Shown here: one piece after another, positions 55,282 to 64,000 of the stretch
Numbering within the stretch: the first letter of the stretch is position 1
Layout: the number at the start of each line of letters is the position of its first letter
Origin: an uncultured Rivularia sp.
Lineage (GTDB): Bacteria > Cyanobacteriota > Cyanobacteriia > Cyanobacteriales > Nostocaceae
Direction: 5' to 3'
DNA: 64,000 nt
Assembly: GCA_963665115.1 (NCBI GenBank)
Contig: OY762007.1
Location: 3,680,001 to 3,744,000 of the forward strand
The notes under the pieces: generated by a model
Database searches by the model: none
The model's input: the letters and a program-made list of their open reading frames with translations, nothing else
What the model was told of the DNA's origin: nothing
Program-made: the position numbers and the translations under genes

Positions 55282-55310
55282 AATATAGATATTTTTTTAG
55301 AGTAAGTCAA
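55282..55310 (-). promoter_or_regulatory. Sigma70-like promoter TTGACT-N17-TATATT for the GG-protein genes
   Basis: Near-consensus hexamers with 17-bp spacing, followed by a 5' hairpin at 55247-55277. Confidence 0.6.
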
Positions 55311-55569
55311 GCTTTTTCTATTTATTTCATATTACTTAATACTAGTATTGTTTTGTATTATTGAGCAGCACGAATTGAGCATCATTAATTTATGCTCGTA
55401 ATAAATTATTCGTCATATAAAATGATTTAACGTCTAATTTCGATATAAAGCATATAAGAATCTAAATTTTGTTCATTTATTAATCAAATTTATTTTGAGG
55501 AATGTAACTAATAACTTGACTGTCAAATACTCGATCCTGTACTTTACAAATTGTTTTTCTATATGTAAC

Positions 55570-56355
55570 TTAAGCCTGTTTGATAATCTCTTTGTTCAAT
55601 GAAATATTAACAAGATTATCTTCTAGTTGAGCATTAATTTGCAGATGTTGAATTTGTTGCTTCAACCAACCATTAAATAAATCTGAAATAATTTGCTCCC
55701 GTAGCTGTTCATCTAATTTGGGTTGAATAATTTCTTCAACCCAAATTAAATAAACACCTTTAGGACTTACAATTGGCTTAATAATTTCCGGTGGAGTAGC
55801 AGCAAATACACTACTCGCAATTTCCGGACGAAAATCTTTGCGCCGTTGAATTCCCTGATATCCACCAGCACGACGCAATTCTGGAATTGGAATATATTCG
55901 CGAGCAATTTCCGGGAAAGTCAATTCATTTTCTTGCAGCGCGTAAAACAGTTCCAAAGCCAAGTCATAATTATCAAAAATGACTTCATAGGTAACAGCTT
56001 TTACGAAATCAAGTTGATTTTGATAAAAGAATGCTTCGACTTTATCGGTAAATAAGTGATGTGCTACTTTCTTGGCAAGCACGTTGTTATAAACTAATTC
56101 TTCAAACTCATCGATAGAAAGATGATGAGCTTTCAACCATGCCCAAGTATCAGCTGCTTTGACAAGTTTTTTCGCGAATCTCAGCCTATCTCCTTCTTGC
56201 TGTAATTCTTCATCATCAACTGTAATACCTGCTGTACTAGCAACATCAGCAATAATTTTTCGAGTCGCTATCCCCTCTACTATGTGAGGAATCTGGCAAG
56301 ACATCTTCAAATGATGGATTACGTCTTTAGATGATATGGATAAAGTATTTTTCAT
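55570..56355 (-). CDS. PpiC/parvulin-like peptidylprolyl isomerase or chaperone associated with type I secretion
   Basis: FPEIAREY...RAGGYQG...PEIASSVF...PIVSPKGVYLI rotamase-like fold; follows hlyD. Confidence 0.85.
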   Translation of the reverse strand: MKNTLSISSKDVIHHLKMSCQIPHIVEGIATRKIIADVASTAGITVDDEELQQEGDRLRFAKKLVKAADTWAWLKAHHLSIDEFEELVYNNVLAKKVAHHLFTDKVEAFFYQNQLDFVKAVTYEVIFDNYDLALELFYALQENELTFPEIAREYIPIPELRRAGGYQGIQRRKDFRPEIASSVFAATPPEIIKPIVSPKGVYLIWVEEIIQPKLDEQLREQIISDLFNGWLKQQIQHLQINAQLEDNLVNISLNKEIIKQA

Positions 56356-56550
56356 AATTGGTAATTGTTAATTGGTAATTGGTAATTGGGAATAGTTAAG
56401 AGTTGTAAAACAATGAGTAGTGGGAGCATCTTGCTCCCTGCCTACCCCCTCTCCTTATCTCCTTGTCTCCTTGTCTCCTTGTCTTCTTGTCTTCTTGTCT
56501 TCTTGTCTTCTTGTCTCCTTGTCTCCTTGTCTCCTTATCTCCCTGCTCTC

Positions 56551-58104
56551 TCAAACCTCCAATCCTCCTTTTTGCAATTTCTTAAATGGATCTAACAGAA
56601 AATCAATTAAGCGCCGCTGACGAACAATCACCTCAGCATTTGCAGTTTGCCCAGGGGTTAGGGGAATGCGTCGCGATCCATTTTCGATATACGGCTTATC
56701 AAGTGTGATTCTTAATTCATAAATTTCTGCACTACCTGGGGTTGTTGCTTCAACTTTTGAATCTGGGGAAATCCAACTGACTTTACCCGGTAAAACTCCA
56801 TACTCTTGGAAAGGGTAGGCATCAAACTTCACTTTTACCGGCATTCCCGTTTTCAATAAGCCGGTTTCCTTAACTGGCATTTGAGCTTTCAAAACAAAAC
56901 CGCTATCTTTGGGGGCAATTCTGGCAATTCTTTGTCCGGGTTGTAACACTTCTCCCGGCTTGGATACGGGTAACTCAAAAACTATGCCATCAATTGGCGA
57001 TCGCACTATTCGCTGTTGTATCTGAATGTTTAAAGAAGTTATCTCGCTTTTGGTTTGAGCAATTTCCGATTTCGTAGAATTTATTTGCCTTTGCAAATCT
57101 TTTAGTTGCTCTTGAGTCTTTAACAGAGTGAGCTTTCCGGCATTGACTGCACTTTGATAACTGCTCTGTTGCTCAGATAAACGCAGTTTTGCTTGTTCAA
57201 TATCAGACTGCAACTGATTCATTGTTGTCTGATAGCGATTTGTTTCTTCAGCTAAACGGAATTGAGCTTGCTTAATGTCCGATTCAGTTTTCTCGTAAGC
57301 TCGCTTGCTTTCTTGTCGTTGTTTTCTTAGCCGATCGATTTGGGCAGCGGAAACAGCACCATCTTGCAAAAGTTTGCTGTAGCGCTCTACTTGTTTTCGA
57401 TCTATCCCTAAACTCACTGCTGCCGATTTACGTTCGTCTTCTAAAGTTTGAATCTGCTGTTTAGCTTGATTTACTAATGCTTGTTTCTCTAAATTTTGTA
57501 GTTTATAGGTACTCTGCTTGGCATTTAAATCTTGAATAGCTTGATTAACCTGAGCTTTTTTCTCCAAAGCTTGAGACTGGTTTTGTTGCTCTTGGGTGCT
57601 AGCTGTCAACTCTATTTGCTTCTTGAGCAGTTCTAATTGCGATACCTGATTTTGAAACCCCGCCAACTTTTCCTTTGTCCGTTCCAACTCTGACTTAACT
57701 GTATCGTTATCTAGTTGTAAAAGAATTTGTCCGGCTCTAACTTTATCTCCTTCTTTTACCTTCACAGCAGTAACACTACCGCCAGCGATACTGTCTAATT
57801 TGCGAATCGATCCTAATGGTTCTATCCTTCCTCTAGCGCTACCAGTTTCATCAACAGTAGAAACCATCGACCAAGGCAATCCAACAGCAAGAAAGCCAAC
57901 AAAAACATAGATTAAAGAACGGCTCCAGACTTTTGGTAAAGCATCTAGAAGTTCCTCGGTACCATAGTGTAAATTTTCGGATGTTTCTACAACCTCTGGC
58001 GATGATTGCTCCTTTGTATCTTCCTCATAGGGAGGCGATGGAGTGTAAGCAAGATATTCATCCTTCCTCGCCAGAGATGATGAATTGTGGTGTGCGTGCG
58101 GCAT
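56551..58104 (-). CDS. HlyD family membrane fusion protein
   Basis: Single TM, VKEGDKVRAGQ, long coiled coil, RSPIDG and KFDAYPFQEYG motifs. Confidence 0.95.
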   Translation of the reverse strand: MPHAHHNSSSLARKDEYLAYTPSPPYEEDTKEQSSPEVVETSENLHYGTEELLDALPKVWSRSLIYVFVGFLAVGLPWSMVSTVDETGSARGRIEPLGSIRKLDSIAGGSVTAVKVKEGDKVRAGQILLQLDNDTVKSELERTKEKLAGFQNQVSQLELLKKQIELTASTQEQQNQSQALEKKAQVNQAIQDLNAKQSTYKLQNLEKQALVNQAKQQIQTLEDERKSAAVSLGIDRKQVERYSKLLQDGAVSAAQIDRLRKQRQESKRAYEKTESDIKQAQFRLAEETNRYQTTMNQLQSDIEQAKLRLSEQQSSYQSAVNAGKLTLLKTQEQLKDLQRQINSTKSEIAQTKSEITSLNIQIQQRIVRSPIDGIVFELPVSKPGEVLQPGQRIARIAPKDSGFVLKAQMPVKETGLLKTGMPVKVKFDAYPFQEYGVLPGKVSWISPDSKVEATTPGSAEIYELRITLDKPYIENGSRRIPLTPGQTANAEVIVRQRRLIDFLLDPFKKLQKGGLEV

Positions 58105-58213
58105 AATCAGTTACCAATTATCAGTTATCAATTATCAGTTAAGAGTTAGAAACCATTTGTAGTGGGAGCATCTTGCTCCCTAGCTGCTTTTTAATGCCCA
58201 ATGCCCAATCCAT

Positions 58214-61200
58214 CTACCCCACATTTGCTAATTGCTGCTGGTTAAGATAGTAGTAATGACCTTTTTTGGCAATCAATTCGTCGTGTGTACCACTTTCTAT
58301 CAATATGCCTTTATCCAAAACTAGGATTAAATCGGCATTGCGTACTGTAGAAAGACGGTGAGCAATGATTAAGCTAGTACGTCCTTTAAGAATTGTTTTT
58401 AAATTGTTTTGAATTATACGTTCGGTTTCGGCATCTAAACTACTGGTTGCTTCGTCGAAAATTAATAATTGAGGATTACCTAACAAAGCACGAGCGATTA
58501 CGAGACGTTGCCGTTGTCCTCCAGATAACATTCCCCCACCTTCACCGATTTCATTTTCGTAACCCATCGGTAATTGCTGGATAAATTCATCTGCTCCGGC
58601 CAAACGCGCTGCTTCGACAATTTCTTCTAAAGCAGCTTCCGGGTGAGCAACACTAATGTTTTCTCGGATGGTTCCGCCAAATAAGAAGGTATTTTGGTCT
58701 ACTACACCTACTTGACGACGCAGGGATTTTAAGGCAATTTTCGATACATCATGACCGTCAATTAAAACCTTGCCTTCTGTTGGAGGATATAAGCCTAAAA
58801 TTAGCTTTGACAGTGTAGTTTTCCCAGAACCGCTACGTCCTACTACTGCGATGGTTTGCTCTGGTAGAATTTCAAAGCTGAGATTCTCTAAAACGTTAAC
58901 TTCGCTTTCCGGATGATAGCGGAAGCTAACGTTATCAAAGCGAATATTACCGCGAAGTTTAGATATATGTTTGCGGGGGGATGCAAGCAAATTTTCTTCT
59001 GCTTCAGCTTCTAAGACATCATTAATCCGTTCGGTAGAAATCATAATTTCTTGGAATTGATTCCATACTCCCGAAAGTCGCTTAAAAGGACTGAGAACGT
59101 TGCCCATCAACATATTGAAGGCAATTAATTGTCCGATGGTAAGTTGATTTTGAATCACTAAATAAGCGCCAAACCACAACAGAACCGTACTGCTTATGGT
59201 ATCGATACTGCCGCTAATAATTTGTAATCTTGTACCAATTATCTTGGCTCGAAAGCTTTTTTTGATGACATTATTTAATAATTCTTCCCACTTCCAGCGC
59301 ACTGTATCTTCGATCGCCATACTCCGCACGGAACGAATACCCGTCAGAGATTGAATTAAATAGCTGTTTTGTTCGGCACTAGCATTAAAAATCTCTCTTG
59401 ACATTTTTCGGAGAATGCTGGTACTCGCCAGCGCCAAAATAAAAAATGGCGGCACTATCAAAAGTACTAACAATGTTAGCTGCACGTTGTACCAAAACAT
59501 CACAGCTAAATAAACAACTATCGTAATTAAATCGAGAACTATTGATAGTGTTTCGCCAGTCAAAAAACTCTGAATCTTGCTATTTTCTTGAATTCGGGAA
59601 GTTATATCGCCGACGTAACGTGACTCGAAGTAAGACAAAGGCAAGCTAAAAGTATGTTTGAGAAACCCTACCAGCATAGCGACGCTAATCCGGTTGGCGG
59701 TGTGATACAGCAAATACGAACGCACCGCATTAACCGCGATGCTGAAGAAACCAAAGATTAATAACCCCAAACCAACCGCGTTTAGAGTAGATATACTACC
59801 TTGAACAATTACTTTGTCTAATAAAAATTGCGTAAATAGCGGCGTAATCAACCCAAATACTTGCAGCAATATCGAAGCCATGAATACTTCAAACAGTACC
59901 GCATAATGAGGTTTGATTAATTCATAAAACCTCCAAACGCCACCTATCTCTTCTTGGGCTTCTTTGAGTCTAAGTGTCGGTTGCAACAACAATGCATAAC
60001 CAGTCCACTTGTCTTTAAACTCTGCATGAGGAATACTGCGTTGCCCAATGGCTGGATCGCAAACTATAACGTGTTTTTTATTGATTTCGTAGACAACAAT
60101 ATAATGCTTGCTTTCCCAGTGAGCAATTGCCGGTAAAGACTGTTGCGCCAATTTATCAAAGCTGGCTTTTACGGGTTTGCTCGCAAAGCCGATACTTTCG
60201 GCAGCAGCAGCCAAACTCCGCAAGGATGCACCACTGCGGTTGACATTGGCAATATCTCGCACGCGATTAACAGCCAACCGTCTACCCCAATGTCTGGCAA
60301 TCATTACCAAACAAGCGCAACCACAGTCGGAAGCACTTTGTTGGGCAAAGAAAGTATATTGCTTGCTAAAGCGTTCCCATATATGTTTAGCCTTGGTTTT
60401 AGGGCTGGGGAAGTAGGGTTTAGCTTTTTTCTGGGCTGAGGAAGAAGGGAATGGGATAACTTTCCGATTGCTAGCAATTTGCTCAGTTTGAGGAAATGTC
60501 TTATTATTCTGGTTCCTAGAACGAAATTCACGGGGTGAAAATTGCTCTGATGGATTGATCCAGGCTCGCAACTCGTTCCATTCTTCCAGAGCTAATTGCA
60601 AGTTAGAATTTTTAAGACTATAAACAATAGTTGGTTGCGTTACTTCCCATTTTCCATCGGTATCTTTATCTGTATAAATATTTCCTGGAGTTAAAATTCT
60701 ATTTGCGGCGTTTTTTATCTCTCCTCGTCGTAACAGCAATAATTTATTATCCTCAAATAGTTGAAGAGTACTTCCCCCAACTTCAATACGATACCGCTCA
60801 CATAAATAGAGAGCCTTGAATATTTCCTCCGTGGAGGAACTAAGCGGTAGTTGTGAATTCTGACGGCACAGTAGCAATATGTCCCAAAATTCTGCACGTC
60901 TGTAGAAACGCTCTCGAATTTGAGGATGCTTTTCCATTAAGCCATATAACGCTTCACCGCTGATAAAGCAAAGTTTCAAAGAAGTTGAAGCCCTTGCAGT
61001 CAAGTTAATAAAATTTTGTTCGCCAAACAAACTCTGTTCGCCAAAGGATGCACCACAAGAAACGGTTGCGATTAAATTATCCGAATCATCAAGAAGTCGA
61101 ACTTTACCCGCAAGCACTATAAAAATACCGGGTTTTGCTTCGGGCGATCGCCAAAATAACTTTGCTACTTTCGGTTCGATGATTTCTATTTTCTTCAAGC

Positions 61201-61291
61201 AGCTTTGTATATCTTGCTCTGTCAGGCTTTCACCCAAAGTTGCGATAATTGTATGACATAGCTGCTCTTGAGATAATACATCTTGCATCAT
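58214..61291 (-). CDS. Peptidase-containing ABC transporter (cNMP-binding-like + C39 peptidase + ABC; HlyB/HetC-like)
   Basis: GIFIVLAGKVRL..FGE (cNMP-like); QQSASDCG, HWESKHYIVV and CDPA (C39 Cys-His-Asp); GRSGSGKT, LSGGQ and FDEAT. Confidence 0.96.
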   Translation of the reverse strand: MMQDVLSQEQLCHTIIATLGESLTEQDIQSCLKKIEIIEPKVAKLFWRSPEAKPGIFIVLAGKVRLLDDSDNLIATVSCGASFGEQSLFGEQNFINLTARASTSLKLCFISGEALYGLMEKHPQIRERFYRRAEFWDILLLCRQNSQLPLSSSTEEIFKALYLCERYRIEVGGSTLQLFEDNKLLLLRRGEIKNAANRILTPGNIYTDKDTDGKWEVTQPTIVYSLKNSNLQLALEEWNELRAWINPSEQFSPREFRSRNQNNKTFPQTEQIASNRKVIPFPSSSAQKKAKPYFPSPKTKAKHIWERFSKQYTFFAQQSASDCGCACLVMIARHWGRRLAVNRVRDIANVNRSGASLRSLAAAAESIGFASKPVKASFDKLAQQSLPAIAHWESKHYIVVYEINKKHVIVCDPAIGQRSIPHAEFKDKWTGYALLLQPTLRLKEAQEEIGGVWRFYELIKPHYAVLFEVFMASILLQVFGLITPLFTQFLLDKVIVQGSISTLNAVGLGLLIFGFFSIAVNAVRSYLLYHTANRISVAMLVGFLKHTFSLPLSYFESRYVGDITSRIQENSKIQSFLTGETLSIVLDLITIVVYLAVMFWYNVQLTLLVLLIVPPFFILALASTSILRKMSREIFNASAEQNSYLIQSLTGIRSVRSMAIEDTVRWKWEELLNNVIKKSFRAKIIGTRLQIISGSIDTISSTVLLWFGAYLVIQNQLTIGQLIAFNMLMGNVLSPFKRLSGVWNQFQEIMISTERINDVLEAEAEENLLASPRKHISKLRGNIRFDNVSFRYHPESEVNVLENLSFEILPEQTIAVVGRSGSGKTTLSKLILGLYPPTEGKVLIDGHDVSKIALKSLRRQVGVVDQNTFLFGGTIRENISVAHPEAALEEIVEAARLAGADEFIQQLPMGYENEIGEGGGMLSGGQRQRLVIARALLGNPQLLIFDEATSSLDAETERIIQNNLKTILKGRTSLIIAHRLSTVRNADLILVLDKGILIESGTHDELIAKKGHYYYLNQQQLANVG

Positions 61292-61785
61292 TTCCCTACC
61301 TCTACCACAGCGTATTCAACTGCTTGCAATTCGCAGATGTATTGCTCCCTGTCTAAAAGTTTCAATTTTTGGGATAAATATTTACATGACAATACAACTA
61401 TGTAAGTGTCAAATATATAACAATCACCGTAGTAGCTCGAAAGCTGAGGTAGAAGCTTTATTAACCATTGAATAGATTGATAATTAAAATCCTTGAGTGT
61501 ACCAATTGAAAGATGACACAATTTACAAGTTAGAGCAAAATACGCCCAAGTGTTGCAACAGAAGGACATCTGCTGGAAAAATATTAGTTTTTTACAGATT
61601 TGAGTTTGAAATTTACTCATACTCATATCTGTCTGCAACATAATTTCAATTTGCCGAGAATATTCTACCCGTAAACTCGGAGGTAAACTTTTTAACAAAT
61701 TCTTCAGCCTACAAGTACTTAATAACTTGTATTGCAAGGAACAGAATCCTGCAAAAACTTGTAGGAAACTAAATTGATGTGACAT
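61288..61785 (-). CDS. Hypothetical Cys-rich 165-aa protein coupled to the ABC transporter
   Basis: Long ORF in AT-rich DNA; its stop overlaps the transporter start (ATGA); no recognised domain. Confidence 0.45.
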   Translation of the reverse strand: MSHQFSFLQVFAGFCSLQYKLLSTCRLKNLLKSLPPSLRVEYSRQIEIMLQTDMSMSKFQTQICKKLIFFQQMSFCCNTWAYFALTCKLCHLSIGTLKDFNYQSIQWLIKLLPQLSSYYGDCYIFDTYIVVLSCKYLSQKLKLLDREQYICELQAVEYAVVEVGK

Positions 61786-63421
61786 AATTTGTATATGTTG
61801 CTGTCAGTAGTAACGCATCGCTGTAGGTTATATCCCCGCCAAGGTTCTACAGCTATGCATAATTTGCTTTTACGATGTGCGACTAACCTCGGGAGCTTTC
61901 CCTCTAACTTTGCAAGAGTTTAGGGGGATTATCCTCTGGTTGATATAAATAATTACATTTCATAGTTTTCTCATAAAAACGATTTCCTCATTTGAATAAT
62001 GAATTTTTACAGTACTTGAGTTCTGACAAACTTCGATCGTCTAATAAGCATTGTACGGTTGCTTATCATTACTTGTTAAGCTTTTCTCTTAAAGTTTTGT
62101 ATCTTACCAAGCTTAATTAAAAAGAAAATCTTCATAATTAAAGCCTGCAAAGTTAGTTTCGATCGAGAAGAGTCTGAACCTTTGCGCTTGAAGCTTAGAG
62201 CAATAGTATTAAGCAACCTTAAGCATTTCAAGCTCCCTTACAAATATATGGGTACTTTTTAATTTATTTATGCAATATGCTTCTAATCTATGATGTTTTG
62301 CACCATTTGCATAAGCCTGTAAAACGCTAGAGATATAAAGGTTCTAGAGACTAAAAAGATGTTTGATATCTTAAGTTAAATTTAAACTCTGGATCGAGTA
62401 GAAGTTCTTAAACAGTCAAAATAATACAAAGCAAACAGTTTTATCCTGCTTAGAAACAATCATTTTTCTTATATGCATAGGCAATAATCTATGGTTTGCA
62501 GCCAAGCTATATCAGTCATTAATCAATGTTATTTCTGACTTCTGCAAAAGGAAGGTGATAGGTTTGCGAAGATATCCCAAACTATATTCATGTCTTTCTC
62601 GAATTGCTGAAAACACGGGTAGCTAGAGCCAAATGCTACTACCGCAAATTTTTCATTTTCAAATTATCACTTATCCAAGGCTTCCAAAGCAGCAGTTCAA
62701 ACTTGAAAGTGAAAAATTAACATATATTTACGGTCAAAAACCATAAATATGCTCCATCTAAAGAAAGACTGCAATCGACTTTTACAGAACTTGCCTATGA
62801 GTCAGGGGATTAATGTCCAATTACTTTCTATAGTCTAGAAACCGCGCAAAAGGCAGTTTTCTTGGAGAATAGTAGTCCCCCACACCTTTTCGATACCAAT
62901 ATCTTTAATAGTAGATTACTGAACGCCATGTCAAGAGTTTATCATAAAAAAAAACCAGACATCATACAAAAACTACAGTATCTTCATGAAAACTTTAAAT
63001 AAACCAAACCTTAATTTATTATTAAAAACGATAGCTGTTCTATTAACCTAAAAACACAAAATTAACTTAGTTAATAAATCATTCTAATAAAGCTATCAAA
63101 ATAATTAATATACAGGCAAAAAGTTATTAAACTTAATAGTCGAAAGGGATAATTTTCGTCCTAATGATACATAGCAAAAAAGGATAAAATAGACATCTAT
63201 CAATAGACACATTAATGCTATTCAAAGTGACTTATACAATATAGAATATGACATCTATCATAAGTAACAAATTTGTAAAAGGTTCAAAAAGTATGTAAAG
63301 TGTGTCAGTAATATAAAAGATTTAGTCTTGTTTGTAAACGTTTATTACTGTACTTAGAGCAATACCACATATATATATTTTTTTTTATTTTTTTAATTAA
63401 TAATGTTGGTTATTCACTACA

Positions 63422-63646
63422 TATAGCAATCCGAATTTAAACGTGAGAAAACACGTAAATGTAGGATTGAAATAATAAGTAAAATTTTATTCATGCCTGG
63501 CGACTATAAGTCGCGGCTACACAGACAAAACCTGCCCTGCGCGGGTTATTTGATTAAGTCCACGCAGGTGGACTTAGTTTGTGTAGTAGCGGTTTCAACC
63601 GCCAGCTAATTTATCAATTTCTCACAAATCATTTAGGATTGCTATA
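63422..63646. mobile_element. MITE-like element TATAGCAATCC...GGATTGCTATA with long internal hairpin
   Basis: Imperfect TIR of about 28 bp. Internal CTGGCG...CTACACAGAC...AAGTCCAC GCAG GTGGACTT...GTTTGTGTAG...CGCCAG nested palindrome. Confidence 0.7.
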
Positions 63647-64000
63647 GTATGCTTAAAAATGATTTGAATAAGGGAACAGGGAACAGAAGAAAAAGACTCT
63701 ATAAGTAAATGATTTTATGATTAAAACTCATGACACTTATATATCAGGGCTTTACAAAGCTTTTTACCAGATACTAATTGCTAAAGAGCCATGAATTTTT
63801 AAATATTAATATAAAAGCGAGACAAAGTAATTGAATTGTACCTTCATATTGGGGTAGGACAAACACTTATAAATATGTGAAAAAAATCTGAGTTCCAATT
63901 CGGCAACCTCAGTATAAATTTCAAACTTGTTTTACCCTAACTTTACCAAATATGTTTATAAGCACCTTAGTATTGTGGTGTAAGGTATGTTTTTTATGAA

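Noticed and set aside
53391..61291. Lanthipeptide or other modified RiPP cluster
   Set aside because: No modifying enzymes in the window and the GG-protein cores lack Cys; enzymes acting in trans cannot be excluded.
58214..61291. hetC itself
   Set aside because: Same architecture, but the context (HlyD, parvulin, GG proteins; no hetP) points to a paralogous exporter.
61878..61898. c-di-AMP (ydaO) riboswitch, suggested by ACTAACCTCGGGAGC
   Set aside because: Only a 3' fragment resembles it, the 5' conserved elements are not visible, and the orientation is opposite to the operon.

Overview
AT-rich chromosomal window from a filamentous, probably heterocyst-forming cyanobacterium (Nostocales-like). 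The evidence is many HIP1 GCGATCGC octamers, 7-9 bp tandem STRR repeats and the fraC-fraD-fraE/fraF septal-junction locus. Most of it is housekeeping or accessory metabolism: porin tail, penicillin-acylase family, cobO, sugar and ABC-2 transporters, CPA2 antiporter, fbaA, tRNA-Lys, pdhA, ftn2, sucC/sucD-like, pepP, an M16 peptidase pair and three pentapeptide-repeat proteins. Highlights: (1) At 52-61.8 kb, a type I secretion locus (cNMP/C39-peptidase ABC transporter, HlyD, degenerate parvulin, and a coupled Cys-rich ORF) sits next to four small Ser/Ala/Thr-rich proteins. Three have double-glycine leaders, there are no RiPP-modifying enzymes in the window, and a PEP-CTERM protein is adjacent. 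This may be a secreted fibril/matrix system rather than a bacteriocin cluster. (2) A TetR-controlled 2x Coq4-like + P450 operon has a visible shared operator. (3) A head-to-tail stack of TA-joined, inverted-repeat-bounded mini-elements follows a Uma2 gene; related elements are scattered through the window and one interrupts a gene. (4) The SucD homologue apparently lacks the catalytic His. Five genes carry single +1 homopolymer frameshifts that are most likely assembly errors. All calls come from reading motifs by eye; no database searches were run.
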